From IMG/VR virus record IMGVR_UViG_2861084961_000001: 64,000 nucleotides of DNA. The stretch is one strand, 5' to 3'. The stretch comes from a virus. Taxonomy: Duplodnaviria > Heunggongvirae > Uroviricota > Caudoviricetes. The translations under genes and the position numbers were made by a program. Shown one piece after another: positions 1 through 10,921 of this stretch (positions within the stretch are counted from its first letter, which is position 1; the number at the start of each line of letters is the position of its first letter). The notes under the pieces are model-generated. The model had not been told where the DNA came from and made no database searches. It saw only the letters and a list, made by a program, of their open reading frames with translations.

Positions 1-251
1 AGTTCAGGTTGGCGTTCTTCCAGCACCATCATCATAAGACGACTTGGCTCAATACCCAGCGCCAGCGCCAGCGGACGAACCTTATCGATAGGCAAAGGAA
101 TTTTGCCACTTTTAATTAAAGAAAGGTTGTTGGCATTTTTATAACCAATAAGTCTGGCTATTTGGGCCTGACTCATAGGTGAGGATTCAATCAGCCCTGC
201 GATAAAAGCAGCATAGCGACTTTCTATAAATTCAATCTTGTTGTCAGACAT
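1..251 (-). CDS. XRE-family helix-turn-helix transcriptional regulator, partial (runs off window start)
   Basis: Reverse-strand ORF starting at ATG 251-249 (MSDNKIEFIESRYAAFIAGLIESSPMSQAQIARLIGYKNANNLSLIKSGKIP...), HTH_XRE-like pattern; not in ORF track because it is truncated by the window edge. Confidence 0.5.
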   Translation of the reverse strand, partial: MSDNKIEFIESRYAAFIAGLIESSPMSQAQIARLIGYKNANNLSLIKSGKIPLPIDKVRPLALALGIEPSRLMMMVLEERQPE

Positions 252-502
252 TGTTACAACCTTTGCGCGTTTAATTCTCTCTGGTAAGTGCTTACCGATA
301 TTACATCAAAGGTTAGGGTTGTAAAGCTATTATCATTTTTTTCGGCAGGCACTTGTAAGACCGAGCAAAGGTCCATGCATGGAGAAAAACTAGCCCCAAA
401 TAGGTAAGAAAATTAACTTGCATCTGATATGGATGTATTCAGTATTGATACAAATTTTAGTAGTATTCCTTACCATAGTATAAGTTAGAATGGATTGATT
501 GA

Positions 503-715
503 ATGAAAACCACTATTTCCAGCCTAATCGCTCTTGAGATCGGACACGTACAGAAATTAGCTGATGAGTGTGTAGCTGACATCCTCACCGATCTACCGAA
601 TGAGCAGATTCAGGTTGGTGTGAATGACACAACTGGCTTTATATTCGAACTTAACAACAAACGCTTCACACTTCTCAATACCGGCTCCGGGTCTTTAGCC
701 ATCAGAATCTGTTAA
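503..715 (+). CDS. hypothetical small protein (70 aa)
   Basis: ORF track only; no recognisable motif. Confidence 0.3.
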   Translation: MKTTISSLIALEIGHVQKLADECVADILTDLPNEQIQVGVNDTTGFIFELNNKRFTLLNTGSGSLAIRIC

Positions 716-813
716 CCCCTCTTCTCCCTGCGCGAATGGCTTAGTTCCCTGTTCGCGCAGTGCTACATTAAACACACTAGTAAATAATTTGTTTTCATAA
801 CAAAGGATTAGCC

Positions 814-2921
814 ATGTCTAAAAAACGTTCCATCAAAGAGGTTCAGGACTTCCGTGACAGTGTAAAACGAGTAGTCGCTCTCCTTTCAGGTAAAAACATC
901 CCTGTTGCAGAACGAGGGGACGACGCTTATGTACGCTATAACGATGATGGAGAGCCAATTCTCGTAAACATCCCATCAATCCCGGATAACGCAACACCGG
1001 CATTGATGAATGCTGTGCGCGGATTTCTCGATCATGAGGTTGCTCACATTTTGTTTACCGATATTCGTGTGTCCAACAAAATGAGAGAAAAAGGACGCGT
1101 TCCTTCCTGGTCACTATGGAATGCCTTAGAAGACGTGTTCATCGAGCGAAAAATGGGGCAGGTCTTTAACGGAACGAGACGTAATCTGATGGCAACTCAG
1201 CGCCTTATAATCGAAAAAGTCTTTAAACCAAAGGCTTCAGAGGCTATTGATTATTGTGGCAAAGATCAGCGCGCGCTTTTTCTAAACTTCTTTCTCTGTC
1301 CGGTTGTAAGAGCCTGGGATGGCCAAGCACCGTTCGTAGATTTCATGGATGAATACTGGCCTGTCATTGAGAAACCAATTTCATTATTAAAAGAACATGG
1401 TATCGATGTGGCCGTGCGTAACATGTCTTGCACCGAGGATTGTGTAAAGGTGGCTGCGACCATAGCTAAGATCCTCAAAGACACTGAAAGTGAAAGCAAA
1501 GGTAAGGAGTCAGCTCCGGGAAAAACTTCCGATCCTTCAGATACTGACCAAACGGATGCCTCTGGAGAAAACAATGAAGACAACGAAGATCATGAGACAC
1601 CCTCAGCGTTAGATAATCACAAATCTATCGAATCAGAATCACACAGTAAGCACAAACATGATAATAACGACAGTGATGATTCAGATAATTCTGAATCATC
1701 AGAAACAATATTCGATGATACAGAAAATGATAAAGAGGTATCAGATTCTGATGCTTCTGATAACGCGGCGTCAGAATCATTAACCGCTGACCACGAAAAA
1801 AGAAAAACGACAGAAGACGGCTCTTCAGATATTCCAACTCCGTCAAAAATGAGTCTGGAAGAGGCTTTAGAGGAGCTGGATAGCATAGAAGATGAAGTCG
1901 GAGGCATGACAGAAGATGCTCTATCCGAAACGATTAAAAGCGAGTTAACAGAAAGCTCGAAAGCGAATACAGGCCATACAATCGCTCATACGACTTCATC
2001 GGCTCGATTGATCAGGCAGAAGCCCATATCAAACGGCTTATTAAAACATTCTCCGATATTGATTTAGGAGGATATCCAATCAGCCGCTATCGCATCGTTC
2101 CTGAAGGCAACCAGCTCTTCGACAAATATATTGAAAAGCATCTTTCGTCAGGTGTTTCGTCGACGCTGGCAAAAGACCTGGAGCGAGCAATAGCAAGCAG
2201 AAACAGAGTTCAGTTTATACCGGGCCAGCGTCGGGGGCGCATTCATGGTTCTAGTATCTACAGATTAGCAATGAATGATGATCGCGTGTTTCGTAAAAAA
2301 GAAGAATCTAAAGCCGTTAACGCCTGTGTTCAACAAGTGATTGATTTATCAGGTTCAATGAGTGGTATAACGATACAATTGGCTCTTGCAAGTGCATATA
2401 CCATCGCCGATGCCCTTGATCGAATAAATGTTCCCAACATTATCACCGGCTTCACTACATTTGGTAGTCATATGGCGGCAGGAGAACTTAAGGCTGTCAA
2501 GTATGAGTTCTCTCGCTTTGAATCTTTAATGCTACCTATCATCAAAAATTGGAATGAAAAGGCAAATTCTCGCGAAGTTCGCTCACGTATGGGGTGCGTA
2601 GGCTACACATTCCCACTTCTTAATAACGTGGATGGTGAAAGCATAGCCAGCCTTGCATCGTTATTTTCTGGTCGCATGGAGGACAAGAAGATCATGCTTG
2701 TTCTAAGCGATGGCGCGCCGTGGGCTGTTGGGAGAGGTTTTGACGCTCATTTGCGTTCGGTTGCGAAGCAAATTGAAACGCAGACTGACATTGATTTGAT
2801 GGCAATTGGCATCATGACTGACGCACCGGAGAGATTTTACGCAAACCATGCCCTGGTAACGAGCGTTGATAGTCTTGGTTCATCTGTAGTTACTGAACTA
2901 TCTCGTATCATTTTGAAGTGA
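814..2921 (+). CDS. CobT-like protein: N-terminal domain, D/E/S-rich acidic linker, C-terminal vWA domain (DLSGSMSG MIDAS motif); split by a frameshift near 1935
   Basis: ORFs 814..2067 and 2271..2921; the frame of 2271 is open back to about 1938 and reads as natural protein, junction at an A-run. Confidence 0.5.
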
Positions 2922-2938
2922 TTAGAACAGCCTTAATG

Positions 2939-2959
2939 ATAAGTAATCACTTACGTTAT
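2939..2959. promoter_or_regulatory. motif A palindrome (ATAAGTAA-N4-TTACGTTAT)
   Basis: Intergenic, upstream of 3017 gene. Confidence 0.4.
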
Positions 2960-3016
2960 TTGATGGTATATTTATATAAGAAGTTGAAAGCTCATTAGAA
3001 AACAAAGGAAAAACGC

Positions 3017-3289
3017 ATGACTACTACTGCACTGCAAAATGAAAAAAATCCTTCTGATTACCTTGTTTGCAAGTGGTGCGGAAAATCATTTCACTATTTT
3101 AAGTCCCATGTAGCCAATGGTAATTGCGAGGGCATTCCTGAGTCAGTAAAAGATGCCGATCCTGACACCGTACTGAAAATGTACACAACGCAGTTTCCAG
3201 ATGAGCCAACGCTATCGAAAAAGGCACTTGATGCAATTCAAGCTAAACGTGCCGAGCAAAAAGCGAAATGGCCAAATCATCTGGCGTGA
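3017..3289 (+). CDS. hypothetical Cys/His-containing small protein (90 aa), possibly an N-terminal extension of the downstream ATPase
   Basis: ORF track; CxxC...H...C pattern; preceded by AGGAAAAACGCATG start context. Confidence 0.3.
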   Translation: MTTTALQNEKNPSDYLVCKWCGKSFHYFKSHVANGNCEGIPESVKDADPDTVLKMYTTQFPDEPTLSKKALDAIQAKRAEQKAKWPNHLA

Positions 3290-4251
3290 CCAATAGCCCA
3301 GGCTATACAGGCACAGTTGAGTACAAGACAGATCTGGTCGCAGCTCACGAACTGCTAAATGTAACGGTGAAAGAACTCGGAACAAAACGTGGGACGCCGC
3401 TCATGGTTAGCGTCAACGTCAATACGCCGTTTCCAGAGTTCGTTCCAGAAGTGAAGAAGGGATACGTATATGGCGACTTCGAACTGATCAAAGACATTTT
3501 CATGATGCTTGAACTTGGCATACCAGGCTATTTGTGGGGTCATGCAGGAACAGGCAAATCTTCATTGCCTACACAACTATGTGCTTTGCTCAATCGTCCG
3601 TTAATCCGTGCCCAACATACAGCATCAATGGAAGAGGCTCATGTTACGGGACAAATTCTGGCGCGTGATGGCTCTACGTATTTCGAGCCTGGCTTGCTTG
3701 CGCTCGCAATGAAGCATGGCTGGGTTTACCTCGCGGATGAATACGACTTTGCGTTTCCACAGATTCTTGGCGTGTATCAGCCAGTGCTGGAAGGTGAAGC
3801 GTTGGTCATCAAAGAGGCGACTCCAGAATGGCGTCGCATTACTCCGCATGAACGGTTTGCTTTCATTGGCACTGGCAACACGAACGGATCTGGTGATGAA
3901 ACCGGCTTGTACCAGGGTACAAACATCCAGAACGCCGCTAACTTTTCGCGTTTTGGCATCGTTTCGAATGTGAAATACATGAGCAAAGAGGCAGAGATCA
4001 ACATGTTGATAAATGCCGGCATCGTGGATGAATACGCTGAAAAGATGGTTAAGTTTGCCGGTATCGTTCGCGATGGATACGAAGAACACCTGATCAGTCA
4101 GCCGATTGGCCCTCGTGAACTTTTGTTGTCGGCCAAGATTGGAATGATGCGAGGCGACTTTGTGACAGGTATTGAGCGTTCTTTCATTAACAAACTCCCT
4201 TCAGCTTCTGCGCAAGCGGCACGTGAAGTTGTTCAAAAAATATTTGGTTAA
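3268..4251 (+). CDS. MoxR/CobS-like AAA+ ATPase
   Basis: Walker A GHAGTGKSS, Walker B-like VYLADEYD, about 327 aa, adjacent to vWA partner. Confidence 0.65.
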   Translation: MAKSSGVTNSPGYTGTVEYKTDLVAAHELLNVTVKELGTKRGTPLMVSVNVNTPFPEFVPEVKKGYVYGDFELIKDIFMMLELGIPGYLWGHAGTGKSSLPTQLCALLNRPLIRAQHTASMEEAHVTGQILARDGSTYFEPGLLALAMKHGWVYLADEYDFAFPQILGVYQPVLEGEALVIKEATPEWRRITPHERFAFIGTGNTNGSGDETGLYQGTNIQNAANFSRFGIVSNVKYMSKEAEINMLINAGIVDEYAEKMVKFAGIVRDGYEEHLISQPIGPRELLLSAKIGMMRGDFVTGIERSFINKLPSASAQAAREVVQKIFG

Positions 4252-4430
4252 TCGTGCGTAAAGGATGTTTCGGCTCTCTTATCGCTGCTTCTGAAACTGG
4301 CAAGGCTTGTCTGGTGTGTCCAGACAAGCCCGATTGTCACCAATCAGCAAAAGAAGTTGCGATTTCGATGTATGGGAAGTTCGTAGGCTTCCCCAATGAC
4401 AAAATCAAAAAACCAGAAAGGTAAAAACAC

Positions 4431-7400
4431 ATGAAGGCTCTGATGGTTCGAACTGACTTCTCTCTTGGGGAGTCGGCTCTAAAAGCAGAAAACGCGGTGA
4501 AGATTGCCAGAGAAGCTGGCTACACCGCTGTAATTTCGGCAGATAGCATGAATATTGCGAGTGTTATTCCACTACAACGTGCCGCTGGTGACGACATGGC
4601 GGTTATTTGTGGTGTGAAACTAAACATTGTTGATGATCCCACATACGAGCACCGGGCTAAACTTGCTAAAGAGTCTATGGGATGTATGGAATCATTAGAG
4701 CGTGGGCGGAACTACTCCTTTACCGCTCTAATTAAAAATGAGCAGGGATATCGAGACATCTGCGAACTAATGACGGCGGCCAACACACGAGAACAGTTCT
4801 ACTTTGTACCGCGTCTCTCGCTCGAACAGTTGGTTTCTACATATGCCAAAGGCAACATCATCCTGCTAACTTCCGACATCGGTAGCGTGTTCCAACGCAA
4901 CGATTTTGCAAAAATCATAAGCTCACTGATTACAGCGGGTGGAAAAGACAACTTCTATAGTGTGGTTTATCCGCACCCTACCCATTCTACGACCAGATTA
5001 ACGTCCGGGCGATGAAAGTCGCCAGCGCACTGAAAATAGAGCCAGTAGCGTTCTATCCCGCTTATTACGAATCGATCGACGATGCAGACATTAAAGACAT
5101 TGCGCACATGGTTACGAACAACATCAAAATCGACCAGCCGCATCGTCTGCGTATCCCCACCAGCGAGATAACGCCGTCAATTGTCGCCGCCATCTCCTTG
5201 AGGCGCTGAAAGCCTTCTCCGTTCGCATGGATGTGCCGGTAACAGCTGCAATGGCCTCAACAACGCAGGATACCATTATCGATGCCTGCACATGGCGCTG
5301 GCATGAATTGCCACCAGCACTGCCAAAGATGGCAGACGACGAGCCTGCAACTCTGATGAAACTGGCCGTTGCTGGGCTGCGTAAACGTCTTACCACAAAA
5401 GAGTTTGGCTACACACCACCGGCTTCTGAGAACAGGGTTTATGTTGAGCGACTTAAGTACGAAATGGATACGCTGACTCGCCTGGGATTCTGTGGTTACT
5501 TCCTGATGGTGCGCGATCTGATGAATCATAGTCGTGAAACTGGCATTCCCGTTGGGCCTGGTCGTGGTTCCTCTGCTGGCTCTTTGGTGGCATGGTGCAT
5601 AGGCATAACCAACGTCGACCCAATCCGTCACGGTCTTCTGTTTGAACGTTTCATCAACCCTGAGCGTCTCGACTTGCCGGATGCGGATTTGGACTTCAGC
5701 CAGGCACGTCGCCATGAAGTGATCGAGTATCTGAATGAACGCTACGGCGAAGATTACGTTGCGGGTATTCCGAACTTCACATATCTGGGCGCAGCCTCTG
5801 CACTACGTGACACCGCTCGTATTTATGGTGTGGAGTCCGCAGATATGGCGGTATCAAAGAACTGAAGAACGTCGAGGATGATAGCCTTCCATTGGAAGAA
5901 CTGCGCGAACAACTGGCAAGTCTCGACAAATACGCAACAAAATATCCTGATGCATTCAATGCAGCCTGCAAGTTACAAAGCCTTATGCGTGGCTTTGGTA
6001 GACATGCGGCAGGGATGATCGTAGCAGGTGTTCCTCTGACAGAACGTACACCGGTTGAACGACGTGGTGACGCGCGTTGTATCGCATTTGACAAGCGTTA
6101 CTGCGAGGCTATGGGCCTAATTAAGCTGGACGTGCTTGGCCTGGCAACTCTCGATTTGCTCGATAGTGCAAAACGCTACATAAAAGAGAACACAGGTGAA
6201 GATATCAATCTTGATGCCATTTCTCTTGAAGATCGCAAGGTGCTGGATGGTTTTGCTGCTGGGTACACTCAAGGTGTTTTCCAGCTTGAATCAGGCCCAA
6301 TGCGCAAGCTGCTTAAAGATTTAGGTGGTGGAATTGAGCCAATGAGCTTTAAAACGGTCGTCGCTACGACTGCGCTCTTCCGGCCGGGGCCAATTCAGTC
6401 AGGCATGTTGGATGACTATGTTTCTGTAGCCAAAGGCTTTATGAAGCCGGAATCATTACACCCCGTTCTTGATGAACTTACCGCAGAAACAAATGGCGTG
6501 ATTCTCTATCAGGAACAGACGATGAACGCGACTCGATTGCTTGCTGGCTTCACAATGGCTGAAGCTGACGGTGTTCGTAAAGCGATCGGCAAAAAGGACA
6601 TGGAAAAATGAAGAGCATGGGCGAGAAGTTCATCGTTCAGGCTCAAGCTGGCTGGATAGACGTTGAGCTGGAAGATGGCACTACACAGCGCATTCACCGT
6701 GCGGAACATTTTAAATGCGAAGACGGAACTCTGAAAACTGTCGAAGAGGCACTTGAGTACGGCGCAAAACTACCTATAAACGCAGTACGCGTTACAGCGT
6801 CACATCCAGGGCTATCAGAGATGAAAGCGAAGGAGATCTGGACCGCATTCGAAAAAAATGGAGCCTACCAGTTCAACAAATCACACTCTGTTGCTTACTC
6901 CTTAATCAGTTATCAATCTATGTGGTTGAAAACTCATTATCCCGCAGAGTTTTCGCTGCTGCTCTCACTATTCTTGGCGAAGATAAACACCAGGGGCTGG
7001 TTAAAGATGCGCTGACCTATGGTATTCGCGTATTGCCACCAGACGTTAACGTGTCATCTAACCGAATCGAGATCCGCACGCTTGAAGATGGCAGCCAGGT
7101 GCTGTATGCGCCCTTCTCTGCTGTGAAGGGGTGTTCTGAGAATGGCTGCCAGGCCATCATGAGAGCGCGAGAAAGGGTTGGCGGCAAATTCGAGTCACTG
7201 GCGCAATTCGAAGAAGCTGTCGAGAAACGTGCCTGTAATAGTCGAGTGCGCGAATCACTGCAAAAAGTAGGTGCGTTTGCGTCCATAGAGCCAGGTAGTC
7301 TGCCAGCAACTGATCCAGAGCGTCTCCGCGACCAAGCAGAATTGATGGGAAACCTTGTCATAGATGCAGTTAAAGCCTCACGTCCGTTTGAGATGAACCC

Positions 7401-7506
7401 CAAACGTTCGGCTGAGATTAACGTGCTCATGACACGGATGGCGGCTGAAATGGGCTTAGGTGATGAACTAATCCGCCCAGCATTGGTATTAAGCCGAAAA
7501 TCATGA
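4431..7506 (+). CDS. dnaE: DNA polymerase III alpha (DnaE-like), fragmented into six ORF pieces by frameshifts
   Basis: PHP domain at N-terminus; motifs GIPVGPGRGSSAGSLVAWCIGIT, GHAAGMIV, KLDVLGL, GVFQLES, ALFRPGP, ILYQEQ, YQFNKSHSVAYSLISYQSMWLKTHYPAEF in successive ORFs 4431..5015, 5012..5209, 5227..5865, 5892..6611, 6608..7015, 6922..7506. Confidence 0.75.
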
Positions 7507-7943
7507 TCATTCTGGACAATGCGAACGGCAATGATGCTCGAACCGGTTACTTCATGGAGAACGGATACGACGATTTTAAGGCCAAGCTATTGACGGCTGG
7601 AGATTTACGCATGGGCGATCTCTATGTCACAGGCGTTTGCAAAAAGGTGAAAGACAAAGAAAAGGACTACACCAAAGACGAGATCGGCCAGTTCACCGAC
7701 TTTATGCGTGAAGAGATCAATCTGGTGCGTCCGACCTATGTGCTGACGTGTGGCAGCCGGGCAACGGCATTGTTTAACAACAAAAACAAGCCATCCGATT
7801 TGGTCGGCAGGAAGGAGTATCTTCCAGACCTTGACGTTACTGTCTTTTACGGGTTTAACCCCAACATTCTTTACTTCAGACCTGAAGAGGGAGAACGACT
7901 AGAAGCGATATTAGCCGACGTAGCAGAAACTATTAAGACGTGA
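7503..7943 (+). CDS. uracil-DNA glycosylase-fold (family 4-like) protein, possibly fused to DnaE in the true sequence
   Basis: Weak pattern match to UDG family 4 blocks (YVTGVCKK, LVRPTYVLTCGSRATALF, FYGFNPNILYFRP); no Fe-S cysteines. Confidence 0.35.
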   Translation: MIILDNANGNDARTGYFMENGYDDFKAKLLTAGDLRMGDLYVTGVCKKVKDKEKDYTKDEIGQFTDFMREEINLVRPTYVLTCGSRATALFNNKNKPSDLVGRKEYLPDLDVTVFYGFNPNILYFRPEEGERLEAILADVAETIKT

Positions 7944-8046
7944 TCCAATAAACATGGCCATAAAGGCCATGTTTTCCCTTATCCCCTCACATCCCCCTAT
8001 CTTCAAGCTCATTGCCTCATCATTACAATGATATAATCAATACAAA

Positions 8047-8502
8047 ATGATAAGTGATAAGGAAATGCGCATGATCGCCGATATTTACGAGAAAATAATG
8101 TCTGATCTCGAGTTTGACCGAGACAATCTGGAAGAAGTCTGGCGTAGACAACCCCGCCTGTTGATGGAATATGGCTCAAAACTCGCTCATGCAGAAAAAA
8201 GTGTCGCAGAGGCAAAACTTAACCTTGAAGCTGTTGAAGCAAAGCTATACGACACAGAGCGTAAGAACTTGAGTATGAACGGCATTAAGTTCAACGAGTC
8301 TGTACTGGACGCTAAGGTTAAAACAAACCCACAGTATCTGTCTAAACGGCAGAAGTTGGATGAAGCACGGCACATCGCAGACATATACAAACATGCTGTC
8401 GCCGCCTTTTCGCATCGCCGAGACATGATCGTTCAGGCGTCGAAGATGGCCATTGTTGAATTGGAGCGATTAGGCTCCGAACGCTTTATTACTCCCCGTT
8501 GA
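8047..8502 (+). CDS. hypothetical protein (151 aa), coiled-coil rich
   Basis: ORF track; no motif. Confidence 0.4.
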   Translation: MISDKEMRMIADIYEKIMSDLEFDRDNLEEVWRRQPRLLMEYGSKLAHAEKSVAEAKLNLEAVEAKLYDTERKNLSMNGIKFNESVLDAKVKTNPQYLSKRQKLDEARHIADIYKHAVAAFSHRRDMIVQASKMAIVELERLGSERFITPR

Positions 8503-8619
8503 TTTTTGATAGATAATAAGTAAGTACTGATCTATCATTGAGCAGCTCGAAAGAGCCACGAATGAACGAAAGCCCAACGCGCATAGCGCCATCGGCCAAA
8601 TCACAACAAGGAGAAACAC

Positions 8620-9648
8620 ATGTCTAAGACATTACTTGATTTGCTTAACAAAACTCGTGAAGACATTGCCGCCAAACGTGGTAACAACGTTGATCTGACT
8701 CGCTTAAAAGATGGCGTCAACTATATCCGTATCTTCCCGAATAAGGACGACCCAAACGGTAAGTTCTTCCAGACTTTCGGTATGCACTACGTTAAGTATC
8801 AGAACGAGGACGGTAAAGAAGCAACCAACGCTTATATTTGTGAGCAACATACTCACGGTCGCGCTTGTCAGCTATGCGAAATGGTGATGGAAGGTCGCGC
8901 TCGTCACAAGGGTAACAAAGCAATGGAAGAACGCATCGGTCAAATGCGTGCCACTCCTCGCTACCTGGTCAACGGCATTCTTTCAGCTCGTGAGGATTTC
9001 GCCGATGCAGAGAAATGCCAGTTAATCGAACTGCCTTCCACTGTATTCGATGATATCTGCAAAGCAATCACCGAAGACATCGCTGATGATATCGGTAATC
9101 CACTGAGCAAAGAGGAAGGCTACGCATTCCTGATTAAACGTACTGGCTCTGGTCGCGATACCAAATATGACGTCTCGCCTAAGCGTAAAGTCTACAAAGG
9201 CGATATCGAAGATAAATTCTGGAATACCCAGCATGATCTGATCGCATACGCAAATCAGGCTGATGAAACTCGTCTTCTCTCGACAGTTCGCACTATGGGC
9301 CGTCTGATTGGCATCGCAGCACCAACTGCCTCTGCATCTGCACCAGCAATTTCCTCTACCGCGAAAACATCGGCCGCGGCACTGCCTGGATTTGGCTCTG
9401 TCACTGGTCATACGGAGGGTGCGACTGCTGTAGCAACCGCTCACACCCCAGCATCTGAACCAACCAGTCTGGTTGATGAAGAAATCCTCCGAGCCGTTGA
9501 AACTGAATTTAAACCAGAGGCAAGTTCCGCTGCCGTTGCCGTATCAGTCAAAGAGTCTGAAGCAGTCGCAGCGACATCTGTAGCAGCCGCATCTGCGACG
9601 GAAGATGAAGGTCTGGATGATCTACTGAGAGAGCTTGACTCTCTGTAA
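8620..9648 (+). CDS. putative ssDNA-binding protein (Zn-binding Cys/His cluster, Ala-rich linker, acidic C-terminal tail)
   Basis: CEQHTHGRACQLCE cluster and terminal EDEGLDDLLRELDSL; AGGAGAAACACATG start context; position among replication genes. Confidence 0.35.
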   Translation: MSKTLLDLLNKTREDIAAKRGNNVDLTRLKDGVNYIRIFPNKDDPNGKFFQTFGMHYVKYQNEDGKEATNAYICEQHTHGRACQLCEMVMEGRARHKGNKAMEERIGQMRATPRYLVNGILSAREDFADAEKCQLIELPSTVFDDICKAITEDIADDIGNPLSKEEGYAFLIKRTGSGRDTKYDVSPKRKVYKGDIEDKFWNTQHDLIAYANQADETRLLSTVRTMGRLIGIAAPTASASAPAISSTAKTSAAALPGFGSVTGHTEGATAVATAHTPASEPTSLVDEEILRAVETEFKPEASSAAVAVSVKESEAVAATSVAAASATEDEGLDDLLRELDSL

Positions 9649-9666
9649 TCCCATTACGTGACCAGT

Positions 9667-9693
9667 AAGGCGTCTACGGACGCCTTACTTTTT
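9667..9693 (+). terminator. rho-independent terminator hairpin AAGGCGTC-TACG-GACGCCTT followed by T-run
   Basis: Perfect 8-bp stem plus ACTTTTT directly after the 8620..9648 stop. Confidence 0.55.
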
Positions 9694-9708
9694 GGAAGGA
9701 ATGTACCG

Positions 9709-10653
9709 GTGAATTATCTCTTCGTAGATGGCAATAGCCTGGGTTATTACCACCAACAATCTGACAAATTGCACAACGGCGAAATGGAAGTACAGGCTGC
9801 TTTCGGCTTTGTTAAGAACGTCCGTCGTTATGCCTCCATCCTCCATGCCCGACCTATGATTCTTTGGGATGGATTTAGTGACAAGCGTCGCGACTTTTAC
9901 CCGGACTACAAAGCAAATCGCGACGACGATCCTGATATGAAAAAGATGAAGGAAGGCTTTGCTATCCAGAAGCCATACATCCTCAAAATGATGACCGCGC
10001 TTGGAGTTACCCAACTCATTGCAAAAGATGCAGAAGCGGATGATCTGGCCGGGCTGCTGGTATCCCGCATGGCACCGCAGCCAACCGTTGAACACATCTA
10101 TCTGTTAACAGGCGATAGCGACTGGCTTCAGTTAGTTCGTGAAAACGTAAGCTGGGTAAGCCTGCGTGAAGACGCCAAAAACAAGCAGGTTAATTTTGAG
10201 CAATTTGCGAAGCTGACAGGATTCGCCACGCCTCGCGCATTTTTGGAAGCAAAAGCATTACAAGGCGATAACTCGGACAACATTAGCGGTGTTGGTGGCA
10301 TTGGTGCTGGCGGTGCGAAAGAGCTGCTGCATGAATGGGGAAGTGTCGCAACGATGGTACGCGGCATCAACGACGGCTCAATCGTGGTTAATAAAGGGCG
10401 TCATAAGACCGCCTTCAACAAACTAGCGAAGAATGCCTTCAACGAGAAAACAGGCTGTCGAATGCTCGAAGCGTTCAAGAGAAACATCACGCTAATGAAC
10501 CTGATTGAGACGAAGTTTCCGCCTACCGAAATCGAAACAATCAAAGGCAATCGTGACGTGAAAGCATTCGAGCAACTGTGCTACGAGCTGAATTTCCGTT
10601 CGTTCCTTGAAGACCTTGAAGTGTTTGTTCTTCCATTCGAAAGGTATTGCTAA
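9709..10653 (+). CDS. 5-prime to 3-prime exonuclease / flap endonuclease (PIN plus H3TH)
   Basis: LFVDGNSLGYY, DGFSDKRRDFYPDYKANR, LLTGDSDWLQL, GDNSDNISGVGGIG; start moved to in-frame GTG 9709 after the terminator with GGAAGGA RBS (track ORF 9658..10653). Confidence 0.65.
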   Translation: MNYLFVDGNSLGYYHQQSDKLHNGEMEVQAAFGFVKNVRRYASILHARPMILWDGFSDKRRDFYPDYKANRDDDPDMKKMKEGFAIQKPYILKMMTALGVTQLIAKDAEADDLAGLLVSRMAPQPTVEHIYLLTGDSDWLQLVRENVSWVSLREDAKNKQVNFEQFAKLTGFATPRAFLEAKALQGDNSDNISGVGGIGAGGAKELLHEWGSVATMVRGINDGSIVVNKGRHKTAFNKLAKNAFNEKTGCRMLEAFKRNITLMNLIETKFPPTEIETIKGNRDVKAFEQLCYELNFRSFLEDLEVFVLPFERYC

Positions 10654-10919
10654 TGCTTAAATCGATTATTAATGGCGCTACAACCACCCCTGCCCAACTG
10701 GCAAAAGAGATTGTCTTTTATCACGGTGAGTACGCTGTCATCGCACTGCCGTCAATTCTAGGCACTGCCGGAATGAAAGCGACAGATCGCGAGTTTGGAT
10801 TAGTCAGCGAGCAGGTCGTAAAAATCCTCGCTCGTGTATCCAGACTCCTTAACCACGATGCGATTGTATTCGACGAATCCGCCGCTTTAAAACGAATCAA
10901 CGAAACAAAAGGAGCCTGA
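10647..10919 (+). CDS. hypothetical protein (90 aa)
   Basis: ORF track. Confidence 0.35.
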   Translation: MLMLKSIINGATTTPAQLAKEIVFYHGEYAVIALPSILGTAGMKATDREFGLVSEQVVKILARVSRLLNHDAIVFDESAALKRINETKGA

Positions 10920-10921
10920 TC

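Noticed and set aside
1266-1907. Reverse-strand ORFs 1266..1583, 1617..1907 and 1625..1846
   Set aside because: They lie antisense to the acidic linker of the CobT-like gene and encode low-complexity Ser-rich sequence.
3355-4089. Reverse-strand and alternative-frame ORFs inside the AAA+ ATPase gene
   Set aside because: Fully contained in a gene with clear Walker motifs; no start context.
4431-7506. Reading the DnaE and SbcC pieces as genuinely separate, translationally coupled genes because several junctions are ATGA overlaps
   Set aside because: Conserved polymerase and Rad50 blocks continue across the junctions, and the junctions coincide with homopolymer runs where one extra or missing base restores a single frame.
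8508-8538. Additional motif-A site upstream of the putative SSB gene
   Set aside because: The sequence is a different palindrome (GATAGAT...ATCTATC around AGTACT) and does not fit the ATARGTAA / TTACYTAT half-sites well enough.
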